Of a stretch of 64,000 nucleotides of DNA, positions 1 through 13,500 are shown in pieces. A program made the position numbers and the translations under genes. A model generated the notes under the pieces. The model saw only the letters and a program-made list of their open reading frames with translations, was not told the origin of the DNA and searched no databases. How positions within the stretch are numbered: position 1 is the stretch's first letter; the number at the start of each line of letters is the position of its first letter. Origin of the DNA: Lingula anatina. Lineage: Eukaryota; Animalia; Brachiopoda. The stretch covers positions 7,874,001 through 7,938,000 of the forward strand of contig CM120649.1 of NCBI GenBank assembly GCA_051362555.1. The letters are read 5' to 3'.

Positions 1-1214
1 CGATAAGAAAAAATTAATTGATTTTTTTTATGTGCCAGTTTGTATATATCTCTCCTTGCCTGGGTTCTGTCTCTCTGTCACTGGAAGAATATACTGGTGT
101 CACCTTGTAGTGTTACCTGATTGTCACCTGTCAGGTAAATGTCCTCTACCCTCCCCCTGCAGTCTATATATAGACACAAACACAGGGAAACACAGGGAGA
201 TACAGAGCTCAATATCTGACAAGAGAAGTTCTGTCTATCCACTAACACTTGTAGAACATCACACAATATGCTCCTTGTCCCTCAGAGGTGAAAAACATAC
301 AAATCAGGCTATCAGGAAATACCTTCCTTCAAACAGTGGTTTATCTCTCCTGTTTTAACTGCACGGTTAAATATATATCCTGGGTGACTGTAAGTAGTTA
401 TCAACCCCAAAGTTTGAGGTTTGTATACCAGAGCTTGGTATCAATATGCCAATATCTCTCCAATGGGAAATAATTACCAGCAATTTTCACCTCGTAATAC
501 TCCGCCCGGATATTGATCAGTGTCACGATTTTCTTGCTAATAAGGTCACTTAGCTGCTTACGGTCAGATCTGATTGATCTAAGGGTCAATGTGTGTCCAC
601 TAATATGGCTGAAATACTGACCACAATGAAGCACAAGGATCCAGTCAATTTTATACTGACCAATGTGGTCATTTCTTGTTCAAAGTACTGACCACAAGGA
701 CACAGCTGTGTAAAATCAAGGTAAAATCAATGTTCAAATGAAGCCCACAGACTCTGTGTCCAGATACAGGTCAGATGACGTCCAAAATCACTGTCCATAA
801 TCACTGTCCATAAAGACCCAACTGTCCCCCCTGTTCACTTAATATCCTGTAGTCACTTAATGTCCACCAATGGTCAAATAGCCATGCTGTAACCCTGCCT
901 ATAAAATGTCCCCCTGGGTGGGTCAAACGATACCCCAGTCAGACTGGTGAGAGCGGGTATATAAGCCTGGTACGGCTACACTGGTGACGTAACGCCCCTC
1001 TGGTCAGTTATCAAAACATTTCCGCCTGCTGGTTTAAGTCACTCTCTGTAACGGTTAGTCAAGTGAATGACCTGCTAATCCATGGTCATTCAGTGCCCAG
1101 GTTAATAGATTTCTCTGCTGCATGCACTCCCTGTCTGACGTGCCTTCAGCATATAAGCTATTGTGTTCCTTTGTCAGCTTTTGTTTAAATGTAGCTGTGG
1201 GGCCGGTGTGTAAT

Positions 1215-1420
1215 CGTGGACCCTAACAGGAAACCCTGAATCCTTACACTGGAATCCTGGACCCTAACACGGATTTCTGAATCCTGGACCCTAACACTAA
1301 ATCCTGAATCCTAAGACTGGAATCCTGGAGTCTTACACGGAATCCTGGATCCTAACACGGATTTCTGAATCCTGGACCCTAACACAAAATCCTGGATCCT
1401 AACACTGGAATCCTGCACCC
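1215..1420. repeat. Degenerate short tandem repeat
   Basis: Recurring gaatcctgga and ccctaacac motifs. Confidence 0.8.
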
Positions 1421-1710
1421 TTAAATAATACAAGTGTGAGGAAAGCAGACTTTATCCACTATCTACACCTGATTGTGAGATACAGTGTTCTTATACTCTA
1501 CAGGTTGATCTTGCTCTCTGGGACCACTCTCTCTCTGTCCAATATGTCAGTATACTCAGTATATGTCAGTGTATAAACAAATGGACTGTCCTCTCTAATA
1601 CTGGTCACAGTGTCTGGCCAGCAGCAGGGGAGTTAATCCACGACAGCGTACTCTACGACCCTGGGGTCACAGCTGGTGAACAGTCAGTTCAATTCACGGA
1701 TATCACCTAC

Positions 1711-1772
1711 GTCTGAAAGTTCTTCCTCTTAGTAGTTTTATAATACGTCCTCTTCGCTGTGTAACTCCTCAT
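1711..1772 (-). CDS. dlg1: Candidate internal first exon (MRSYTAKRTYYKTTKRKNFQ) for a short PDZ3-SH3-GK isoform
   Basis: ATG to AC|gtaggt in phase 2, the same phase as the exon 12 donor; CpG-containing region and CCAAT motif (about 2000) upstream. Confidence 0.35.
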
Positions 1773-4426
1773 AACTTCAGTCACATAAATCAGTGATAAT
1801 CACTAGGGAAGCACATACACTGTATACAGCCCTCTCTGGGGGGTTGCTGACACGTTGTATACATGTGCGACGTACACCACCTCGTCTTTCTGGCACGAGC
1901 CAAACTAACGACTCACTTTCCGTGTTCGACTCGCCCGCACCCTCTAATACCCTGTGCTACACAAAGCTATCATAACAATCCCTGAACAGCCAACAATTGA
2001 TTGGTGCACAATAATCCGTGACCCGATGTTTGTGAAGGCTTTGTTTGCCCGGCGCTCTTTGCTGGCTGACACATACTGCCATAGGTACACACTGGGTAAC
2101 AACGTGTCACTCACTGCTGGGATTAAGTTTAAATTCTATTACCCGGCACACATTAGATATAATTCTAGTTCAGGGCTGGTGACAAATTACCCTACTACAT
2201 GAGCTCCCTCAGCCATGACATAAACTATATCAACCACACATGGTGCTGGTAGCACTGGACTCATAAAATACTCCAACATCCATTAATGTACACACTAAAG
2301 TCATGCTCTGGGACTCACAATATTAACAGTAAAATTTATTCCTGCAGTAGGCCTTACAATTTAAAATCTGTGCTCGGAGTAAATTTTGGAAATTGAACTC
2401 CACCTCCTCATAAAGTGCTGGATTTCTAGCAATTAAGTCTGAACCATGTTTTAGGGTCCAGGACTGAAACCAGACTTATCCGACTCCCACCTTAAGCTTG
2501 CTACAGTTAAACATTGATCATACCTGTGCAGGGCCCCCAAACCGAGATAACAGAGCCACCAGGTATGGATATCCAATAGGTTTCCTCCAGCTCATCTCAA
2601 TTATTACAGATCATGTAATAGCTAGAAGGTGATTTCAGGAATGACATACACTAATTATCTAAGGCATAATGTCAGGTAAGTCACCTGGGGCACCTGTGGG
2701 AGGAGGGGAGAACAGGCCCCAGGGGGTGGATATTACTGTCATCTTATAAAGCTTACAGTCATTAATCAGTCACTATGACATTTATGTCTGTATCACAATG
2801 GCCCACTTCAACTGCTCACATTCTATTTTCAAAAAACACTGGATCCATACAAGCATTCCTTGCTACCTTCCAAATGGTCCATTTTGTGTTTAATAGAAAC
2901 TATTCAAAATATTTTTATTTATGACATTTTTAGCAAAAAAATATTCCTTGCAGTAATCAGGCAGTATGCAGAAGGCTTACCACACCCCCCTCTTAGCTTT
3001 CAAAAATGAACTCTTCCAAATGGCAGTTAGAAGTGAAAACAATAATAAAACTTGGCGCTCGCCTCGTTGAGCACAGGTAAAAGAAAGCAACATTAACCAA
3101 TCCAATGTTTATTTTAGAAATTAGAAAATCTTAACATGAACAACGTAAGCACTGGCGCTGAGGTCTTGGAAGGGTAGGAAACCCACTAGTATCTTGATGA
3201 ATACTGATACTGAGACGGGGTGTAATGTTACACTGGATAGAATTTCCCTCAATAGTATATACTGAGACAGGCAGTGGGGCACCTTGACATGTTTTTTTAC
3301 CCGTGTGGCAGTATGTGTGTGCATGCGTGCGTGTGTGTGTGTGTGTGCATGCGTGTGTATGTGTGTGGGCATGTCTGCTTGTTTGCACACACACACACAC
3401 ACACACAGACATATACCACACACGTACATCCATCTGAAATATCCACCCCCTTCACACCACACATAAATGTAAAATCCATTGAAAATATCAAAGACAAGTA
3501 CATCCCGCAACAATCTCTCTTTCTCCCCCCCCCCCCTCCCCTTTCAATCCACATCCTTACACATAGCTGAACATTATGGATATTATTATTGAAGAGTATT
3601 TTTAAGTACCACAAGGTATTGGATACAGCCTGATGACCAGAGGTCAAAAGATGTCTGGCTAATTTATTACTGGTCACAGCTGGACAAGAGAGTGGGTATG
3701 GATCGATGCTTCCATTACATATGGTATTATGAAGGACACTGTGATGTACACACACGTTGAAGTACATGCACTCAGCAACTACAACATCAACACTTCTTTT
3801 CTATTTTTGTCAATGCAACTTGTGTTTCAACTTATTACTTCATTTGGGAGGATTTTCAAAATTATTTGCATATAAATCTTAATCTTCACATGCACAGGAA
3901 ATACCTATCCCACATTTTCTTCTTCTTTTTTTTTAATAAATCCTCTTGGACCTTGTTTGAAACACAGTAAAGACCTAGTCATTGTAGAACTGCCACAGGT
4001 GGTCTGATTGTGCTAGGTGAGACAGCAGCACATCCACGACACAATCACGACCTCATCCTTAGGACTCCAACTTATAGCATGTATACTGATGTAGAAACTT
4101 TGCTAAGAAACTACGATAAATATTTAACTGTTGTAACAGACTGAATCATCCTGATATGTGTCTGCCATCTTTGAAATAATCATTACTGTAACAGTCATAC
4201 ATTTTTGAAATGTCTTTTGATATGAATAGTTGTACACAGCACAAAAATAAACATTATATACAAAAATACCATTAAAATAAGTTTCCCTTTTCCAAAATAA
4301 AACAATTGCTGACATTAACAGTGGTTGACATAGGGGAAAAAACATTACAAGCATGTGACTAATAGTAAAAAAGAAACCAGTATATTTTGAAGATGACAGC
4401 CAACAGCACCATCTATAGTCTCTCAC

Positions 4427-4562
4427 CTTGGTATATCTTCGTCCACTACTTGTGGCGTTGGTTTGGGTGTACTGGTCATCTGCTGCATGGAGTTACTGGT
4501 CACAGTGACGGCAGGCGGCGGCTGGTGCTTGGGTGAAGGGGGAGGCTTCTGAACAATTTGGA
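4427..4562 (-). CDS. dlg1: dlg1 exon 12, PDZ2-PDZ3 linker
   Basis: tttttcag|(V)[44 protein letters not shown](R)|gtgaga; EDIPR is the motif that precedes PDZ3 in DLG-family proteins; phase 1-2. Confidence 0.9.
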
Positions 4563-7500
4563 CTGAAAAACACAGTGACAGCAGTGTCAGAAGCCATCTT
4601 CAATATATCTTTATTAGCTTGGTAGATAGAATAAAAGACGACATAAAAATTTCTTAAGTTACTTGAGGACATCTAAACCACCTTCCACTAAGAAAATAAG
4701 GATTTCTTTAGGGCAACAGCTACATGTGGTACATAAATATTCCAGCAACCTCAAAGAAACAATGCCTGTGTCTGGACTGTGGGGAGTGACTCATTTCTGT
4801 AAAGTCAGTGTTCTGTAGATAGGTAGTCTTACCTGTGTCAGGTGTTGGAGATGACTGTGGGGAGTGACTCATGTCTGTAAAGTCAGTATTCTGGAGATAG
4901 GTAGTCTTACCTGTGTCAGGTGTTGGAGATGACTGTGGGGAGTGACTCATGTCTGTAAAGTCAGTATTCTGGAGATAGGTAGTCTTACCTGTGTCAGGTG
5001 TTGAAGATGACTGTGGGGAGTGACTCATGTCTGTAAAGTCAGTATTCTGGAGATAGGTAGTCTTACCTGTGTCAGGTGTTGGAGACGACTGTGGGGAGTG
5101 ACTCATGTCTGTAAAGTCAGTATTCTGGAGATAGGTAGTCTTACCTGTGTCAGGTGTTGGAGATGACTGTGGAGAGTGACCCATGTCTGTAAAGTCAGTG
5201 TTCTGTAGATAGGTTGGTTTGCCAACTGTCAGCACCACTCTCTCCTGTGTGGCTTTTAACGCAGCAACAGCATCCTCATGCGTTACATTCTCAAGGTTGA
5301 CGTCATTCACCTAAAAATAAATTTTGTGATTTCTTAATAAACCACCAGAAAGTGATTTACAGTCACCAGTTTCAGAAACTATTATTTATGTGTGTGTATG
5401 GTGGTGCATGTGTGTGGTGCATTTGACCTTTATTGTGTTGTCATCATCTGATTCAACAGGCAATGATACAATACAGTACAACTGAAATAACCACTTGGCT
5501 GTAAGACTAGAAACTCAATCTTAGACACTCACTGCAATGAGCCTATCTCCAACCTGCAGGCGGCCATCTTGTTGTGATGCTCCACCTTCAATAATTTTTG
5601 TGACGAAAATACCATTGTCTCCTGGAATGTGTTGGTTTCCTCGACCACCAGCAATACTAAATCCTAGACCTGAAACAAAAAGAGAAGGAATCTTTTCTCT
5701 TCATTCCTTTTTACTAAGGTTACTCCAGTTCAACTAGAAGTGTTTTATTCAAACACTGCCCTACTCTGTCTACATACTCTTCCAGGATGCATAGTTTGGG
5801 GATTTGTTATAGGATTTTTTATATGATTCTGATGATTTTTTTATCATAAAATGACTATGAGACAAAAAATAACGAGTCAAAAATAATCCTGCAGAATGCA
5901 CTTCATGATTCAATTTACTTAATTAACAGTGATAAAGACAATGATAACAAAAACATCAACATTGGACAATCTACTAACAAAGCAGGCAGGTGGTAAGGAT
6001 CAATCCTTTAACACCTTACAGATGCACAGTATTAATCACATAGAATCAATCCTTTAATACCTTAAAGATACATGGTATTAACCATTCTTTAATATACCTT
6101 ACCTTTGTTCCCTTTGACCAGTTCTAGCTCTACTATATTTTCTAATGGAGGGTTATTTTGTCTCTTTACCAGCTGAAACAGATTGGAAATAGGAATTTAC
6201 ATCCTTGTATTTATAACAACCACTTTGATGGTAAAGCAACCCTTAGGCAACTAGCACAACAAATTCCAAAATGCTGTAAACAAGCTTTCATTGGTAACAC
6301 TTCTCCCTATCACAAAAAAATGCAGCAAAGCTGTTAAATGTACAGACATAAAGCAGAACAAGGCAGCAAAGCTGTCAAATGTACAGACAAAAAGCAGGAA
6401 ATAACTATGCACAAAATAGGCTACTGTCAATTCTGATGCAAAAGTACATTATGTTAAACTACAAATTCAACATCAAATTTTAATTATGCTTAATAGGTAA
6501 TACCAATGTAAGTAAAATGTGTAACAAGCATAAGGCTTCAGGCCCATGGGAGTTCAAGTTCGCACTTTGAAAATGTATAACTTCCAGAAAAAGAAGCCAA
6601 TTAGACTGTTTTTCCAACTCAGGCTGCATTTTTAGTCCTGTATTTCTTTTTTGAAAGTTTGGCAATCATAAGTAACATGGTTTTCCCATAATGGTCATCA
6701 TGGCAGCAGCACCCAAAATTGTGTTTTCTTCTATTCTGATGCAATATTACATAATGGTTAACAGCATAATGACCGTCAATTTTTAATAATAAAATATACA
6801 TATCATGTATTTTCAGAAAATGTGACTAGCATGGGTATTCAAGCCCGTGGAACTTCAAATCACACCTTGAAAATGCCAATATGTGAAAAATTAAAGTTTC
6901 ACAAAAAAACTGTTTAACTGGCAGTAAGAATTACCAAACAGATTGCATTGCCTACTGAAGCTGTATTTTAGTCCCAGGTTTCTTTCCTGTAAGTTTGAGA
7001 ACAGTAAGTGACATGGTTTTTCTGAAATGGTCATCATGGGAGCAGTGCCCAAAATGTTTTTTTCAAATTTTGATGCAATATTACATAATGTTTAACAGCA
7101 TAATGATCATCAACTTTTATTAATAAAATATTAGTATTATGGATATTCAGAAAATGTGATTAGCAAAGGTCTTCAGGCCCATGGAACTTCAAAGTCAAAA
7201 CTTGAAAATGCCAAAATGTAAACAAGACAGCACTGTTCTGACATGGGTTTATTTCCATTTTTAACACTTTTTTAACATAAAACAAAATAAACAGTTTACT
7301 GCAATTTTTATATGATCAACTAAGAAAATTGATGAGGTGGGAATAATATCAATAGAACAGTGTTAAATGTCCAATTTCCTCCATTCTGAGATTCTGAACA
7401 TACTGAATGATTGAATCTGACAAAATGCAATGATATGAGTTTGATTCCATTTTTGACACTTTATTACACAATACACGATAACAAGTTTACCATAATTTTT

Positions 7501-10500
7501 ACATAATCAACTAACATTATTGTAAAGATGCAGGAAATGTCAAACAAACACTTTTACGCATCTTATTAGTTCAATAATGAGACTGTTAACATGCCTAAGA
7601 ATTGAATCTCAGGAAATGTGAAAAAAACAGCATAACTTCTAAAATAATGGCCCGATTATGCTGATTTTCGAACTCAACCTGCGTTTTATTAAGATTGACC
7701 ACTTTTGTGAGTTTAATGACAATTGGCCTATCTGTTTTTCTTATATTGTGTTTACAGTGTTGCATATATGCTGAAAAATGAAAAAATCAGCATAACTACT
7801 AAAATAGTGGCCCGATCATGCCGATTTTCGAACTTGTCCTGCGTTTTAGTAAGATTGATTACTCCTGTGAGTTTCATGACAACAGGCTTAATGGTTTTCC
7901 TTTAAATGTGTTTACAGGGTTGTATATATGCTGAAAAGTGAAAAAACAGCATAACTTCTACAATGGCCCGATCATGCTGATTTTCGAACTTGACCTGCGT
8001 TTTATGAATATTCATCAGTTCTGTAAATATAAAAGCAAAAAATAAAACTGTGTTCCACTTATTGTGTTTACAAGGAAAGTGCACGGCATCGGCATCGGCA
8101 TCGGCATCGCCATCGGCGACGACGGCGACGACAGACGCAGGTGATGGCAATATGTACAGACACATCTGTGTCTGTACATAAAAAAATGATGCACAAAAAT
8201 GTTATTTTGTGGATACTGAAGCAATATTACATAATGCTTAACTGAATTATTACAAAATTTTAAATATACAAAGACATTCAGGACAAGCATCTAGCACAGT
8301 TTTAACCCATAAGAGTTCAAAATTATACTCTAAAAATACCAGCATAAACATGAATTTCTTTAAAAATGAATAAGTTAAAAAAAACAAAACAAAAAATAAT
8401 GCTGATAGTGCACAAAATAGTGTTTGGTCATTTTTAATGTAATATTACATACTTAATGCTTAACAGCATAATCACCACCTATTTATTCACCATTAAATAC
8501 AGGAAATGTGTTATAGATGGCCCTTCCCCTCAATTACTATCCACAGTGAGAACTGCTCATGGACCTACCATCAACCTGGGCTCCGTATCTCGAAAGGTTT
8601 GCTATGTTGCGCACGTGCGCTAGCGTCTCGATTCCATAACCGATTCTATTTCGAGATACGGGGCCATGGAATCGAGACGCTTGTGCACGTGCGCAACATG
8701 CGAACCTTTCCAGTTGGCATTCAGCATGATGATGCTCTTGTGACAAGAGCAAAGCATAGTTGTTTCACAATGTCTGTACAGTATTTTATGGGGAAAAAAA
8801 CTTATATATGATATTTGTATGATAGAGATATATTATAAATTAACTGATTACTCAGCCTGTACACTCTAAAATCCTTAAGTTAAGTGAAAAGAATTTCTAA
8901 ACAACCCACCTCAATTATGGTTCATACAACAAAACTAGGGGTAAGTTCAATTATTTTCAAAGACTTTTTTGATTCTAATTCGAGTGCTTTTTTTTAATGT
9001 AAAAAAAGACATCATTGGCATCAAGAGGAAAATATATCAACAGATAAAACACTTTGAAGTTAATAAAGTTACTTCTCTAAACTAGTCACCTGAAAAACAC
9101 ATGATGGAATTACCACTTAAGGACATTTTTTATCAGATCTATGTCAAGGAGGGGCAAAAACCATGCAGACAAATTGAATGTCATAATGCAGTCTGATAAA
9201 AGACCAAAGCTAACTGGGTCTAGACAAAATCTTATTATGACATACATTTGGTAGAAGAATTATAAGTTCCCTTTTGATCTCTCCTCCCCCCCTACACTTA
9301 TCAGGGGGAAATAGTATAAATTTAACCTAATTAAAGCAGAACAATATTTTCAGTCTTACATTTGATTTTCTATTTTTTTTCTGTGAAATCAGCTCAGTAT
9401 CATTGACTTTAGTCTTTTCACTGTGGATATAGATTAACTGATCAAATTATTTAATAAATCATTTACGTTTCTGTTGATTTAATACAATAATAACCTTCCC
9501 AAAAATATAAAATACTGGTGTTTATTTTTCTTGTTCCTAAGCATAAGCATAAGACCTTGGAGCACCTATTGGCAATGTAACCGCTTTCTATTTTGAGGTG
9601 AGATAGGGAAGTAACTTAATTCCTGAACAAAATCTTATGACAATATGAAAAATATAGACCTTAAAATTCCCTGGACCTATCAGCTGATAAAACACATGAT
9701 GAGATAATAAATGACAGATAAGTTTTATCAGAACTATGTCAATGAGGGACAAAAATCATGTAGACAAACAAAATATCAGAATGCAGTCTGAGGAATGACC
9801 TAGACTTTCTTATACCCCGTTCACACTACGCTCAGTTATCCGGATAAGTTGCGAATTAGGTCACAATTCGAATAAATGCAGTAGTGTGAACGCAAGAGGA
9901 TTTTGAAAATGCGCATTTTCAAAATCCTGCAAGCGAGGTGGATTTCTAAGCGCGATCCGGATAACTTACCGGAATCGACACCTGTACAGATCTTACTGCG
10001 CATGTGTGCAGATAAGTGCGGGTATCTATGAACGCTGGTTTATTACTTTAGCGATTGCACCAAACGTATTTGGAGGTCACCACTCACTACAACATGAGGA
10101 AACAAACTTATTTTGCCACCTTATACTTCTCAAGAATGCTGGAATGTCTTTTGAGTTGCATTTGTCGTCACAAATTTTTGTTGATATTTTAAGATTTCCT
10201 GTGCGGCGCATGCGCGAGTGTTCAAAACAGGAAGTTAAACCTGAAATTTCCAACGTGGGATTCGGATTCGCTTAGCGAGTGTGAACGCAATACCGAATCG
10301 GATTCCTTACGAAAAATCCGAATTATAGAAATGCGCATTTTGGCAACTGTAGTGTGAACGGGGCATTAGTCTGGACTGATTTTAATTAAGTCTTTAATGC
10401 AGGTTTTATAGTTAACTATATATTGTGCTTGAATTAATTTTTTTAAAACCATCAATTAAAAAACTCTTGATCAGTGTAAGGGTAGGTAAAGTTTGGAGCT

Positions 10501-10549
10501 TTTTGCTTATGTTCCAAAAAAATTAATTTAACTTCAGGATTATAGAAAA

Positions 10550-10590
<41 letters not shown>

Positions 10591-13500
10591 CACAAGGACT
10601 TCAATATAAAGCAATATCCACATACAAAGTGTACATATAACATAATGACAGAGTAATACACTGTTAGTTCAAGTTGTCAAAATTAAGAGAATGATATTCT
10701 TTTGTATCAGTAAATGATTACGTCAGCAGGAGGAATAGTTGCTCCCGCATGCTGCATGGCTGCTTATGCTAACAACCATCATATCAACCATATCATATGT
10801 AGTGCATGCTATCAATACTGATATGGCACAGTTTCGATAAAAAGTTTCAAAGGCCATTTTATCATCATCTGCTACCACAGTAAAAAGAGTGGTCAAGATT
10901 TTACATTTAACTGTTACACTATTCACTAACTGCTCGTCTCGTGCTCTGATGTGACAATATGGCCGAGGCATTGGCAGCAGCTTTCAAAGATAACCTCTTG
11001 ACGTGTAGCATCTGTCTGGGAGAGTATGAGGACCCCCGTGTGCTGCCTTGCTACCATACATTTTGCTATGGATGTATATTTTACCATAGCAAGAGAACTC
11101 TTACTCAAAAAAGAACATTTCTCTGCCCTGTTTGCCGGGAAGAAATCCAGTTTCCAGTTGGTGGACTTACTCAGCTGAAAAAGAACTTTGTCTTAAGCAA
11201 AGCCAAGGACACCATAACCCAGCAACAAGCATGTACAGGGGCATTAGAGAGTGGACAACCCAATATAGCCGCAGTGACACAAGCCATTGCACAAATGACC
11301 ACCAGTTCCGACTCTGACATCACGATTCACACCAAAGCTCTAACAGAGATATTGGCAGGGATGGAGAAAATGTCAGTGCCAACTCCAGACACAACAACAC
11401 AGATATCCTACAGCCCTGGTGAAATATCTATTGCCAGACAGGAAGCCATGTTAGGAGAGATGACCGTCCAGTTAGAACCTCTTAGACTGGGGACAGACCT
11501 ATGCTCAGCAACATATCCTCCTGTTTTCTTAGAGAAGGCAAAATGTGTGCATTCATTTTCCACAAGGCTGAAATGTGATAAAATCATGTTCCTAAATGGG
11601 CTGGCCATAGATAAAGAGCATGTGTTTATTGTGAACAGTGATAGTGACATCAAATATTACAGAACAAATGTATTTACACACGAAGGACAATTCAAATTTG
11701 ACATAAAACTAAATGATCCATTTGATGTGGCTGTGTCACAGACTGGTCACCTGTATATAACATCACAGGGTGAAAAATGTGTCAAAGTATACTCCACCAG
11801 AGGTAAGAAGGTAAAAGACATTGGTCTCGGCAAACTTGAGGAACCATATGGTATAACATTGAACAGGCAAGGTCATGTGATGGTTTGTCACCTGAAAAAG
11901 AAATCCATCTTCACATTCCACGCAGACAGTGGACAGCTTCTGAAAATTATCCCACTCACTGTGTGTAGATGCCCAGCATACATCACAGTGAACAGTGTGA
12001 ATGATGACGTTGTGGTATCAGACTGGGGCAGTGACTGTGTACATGTGCTGTCACCTACTGGCAACTGCCTGTACCAGTATGGCACACAAGGCAGTGGTGA
12101 TGGTCAGCTGTGGGGGTCTTATGGAGTGTGCACAGACGGCTATGGTCATATCTTCGTTGCTGACTGTCAAAACCACAGGATAGTAGCACTGAGTCCAAAA
12201 GGACAGTTTATCAGATACATTGCCACTGAGGATGATGGGTTATCATATCCCAGAGCATTAGAAATCAACCCTGCTGGCCAGCTGGTGGTGGCAGAGGATA
12301 ACCTAGTTAAGACATTCCAGTACTTAGAATAAATGCTGTTCACATTTTACACACTGCAATACTTAACTTTAATGTGATGTTGCTATTGACCATGACATGT
12401 AGGAGAAGCCTGTTGAGAAACTGCTATAATGCATTCCCAATAAACTGAAAGTATATTTAACAATGCTGAGCTCTTCTTTATCATGATATACAAGTCATCA
12501 TTACCAAGACCTGTAGGGTCAGAGCCAACCTGCTGTGGTCCCCCTAAAAAAAGCTCTCCACTAGTCACAGTTTTGTGCCATTCTATCTGCTTGAACCATG
12601 GACCCACAAATGTCCATGAAATTTGCGCTTTAACGGGTTTTAGGTCTACAGTGATCTTGAGGTCCATATTCTGTTCCCATAAATAATAATTTTGATATAC
12701 AAGTCAGTTACTAGTAATTTACTGTTACAAATAAACTGTTAGTACAACTGGTCCGCATGTATTTCATGTATATTCATCAGATCTATAAATTTGAAGACAA
12801 GGAGTCAAACGTTTTTCCACTTATCTTGTTATCACTGAAAGTACACAGCAACAACAGCAACATCAGACGCAGGTGATGACTATAAGTACAGACACAATGT
12901 GTCTGTACATAATAACTGATGAAAAGCACTATTGGATGTACAATGTGGGTCAGTATTCAATTCCAATAACTCTGATAATGTTGGAAACCACTGACAGGCA
13001 TCCCAAGTTTAGGAATTACAGATCAAAGTTGTCAATGCTATCTCTCCTCTCACCAAAGTTACACTGTTCCCGGCTTTCTTCAGAGCATCCACGGCATCTG
13101 CATGCGGCACCTCCAATACACTGGTCTGGTTGACCTTGACCACAATGTCATTTATCCTGAAATAAAGACCAGCACAGGGAATGAAATATTGGCGCAAATT
13201 GTCCTTAGTAAATGTATCTAAGAATAAATGAATGTATTGGACACTTCTCTATCTATGGCCCATGTTAAGTATACATCCCCAAACTGGCACAGTGCAGCAT
13301 TTTCCAGACATTTCAATTCCCTTGGCCACAAGATATAAATGCACCTTACCTTACCCATGATAATTCTATACCTAAACAGAAATTGAACTAATCTGAAATA
13401 GCAATATTAGAAACCAACCTCAACCTCCCGTCTGCTGCAGCGGCGCCCCCTGGTATAATTTTAGTGATGAAGATGCCGGGGTCGTCATCAATGTGTGGGT

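Noticed and set aside
401-634. Minus-strand ORF near the left edge as the PDZ3 exon
   Set aside because: No GLGF or EPRK motif; the frame that would end in phase 2 contains a stop.
2524-2595. MSWRKPIGYPYLVALLSRFGGPAQ followed by gtatga as an alternative first exon
   Set aside because: Phase 0, whereas the next expected exon (PDZ3) requires phase 2.
3121-3767. Overlapping ORFs rich in CV/HT (similar ones at 14780, 54500-54880, 58930-59441)
   Set aside because: Translations of (CA)n/(TG)n/(TA)n microsatellites.
4720-5310. 196-aa ORF as a standalone gene
   Set aside because: It starts at a GTG directly after a splice acceptor; it is dlg1 exon 11 reading into the 78-bp repeat.
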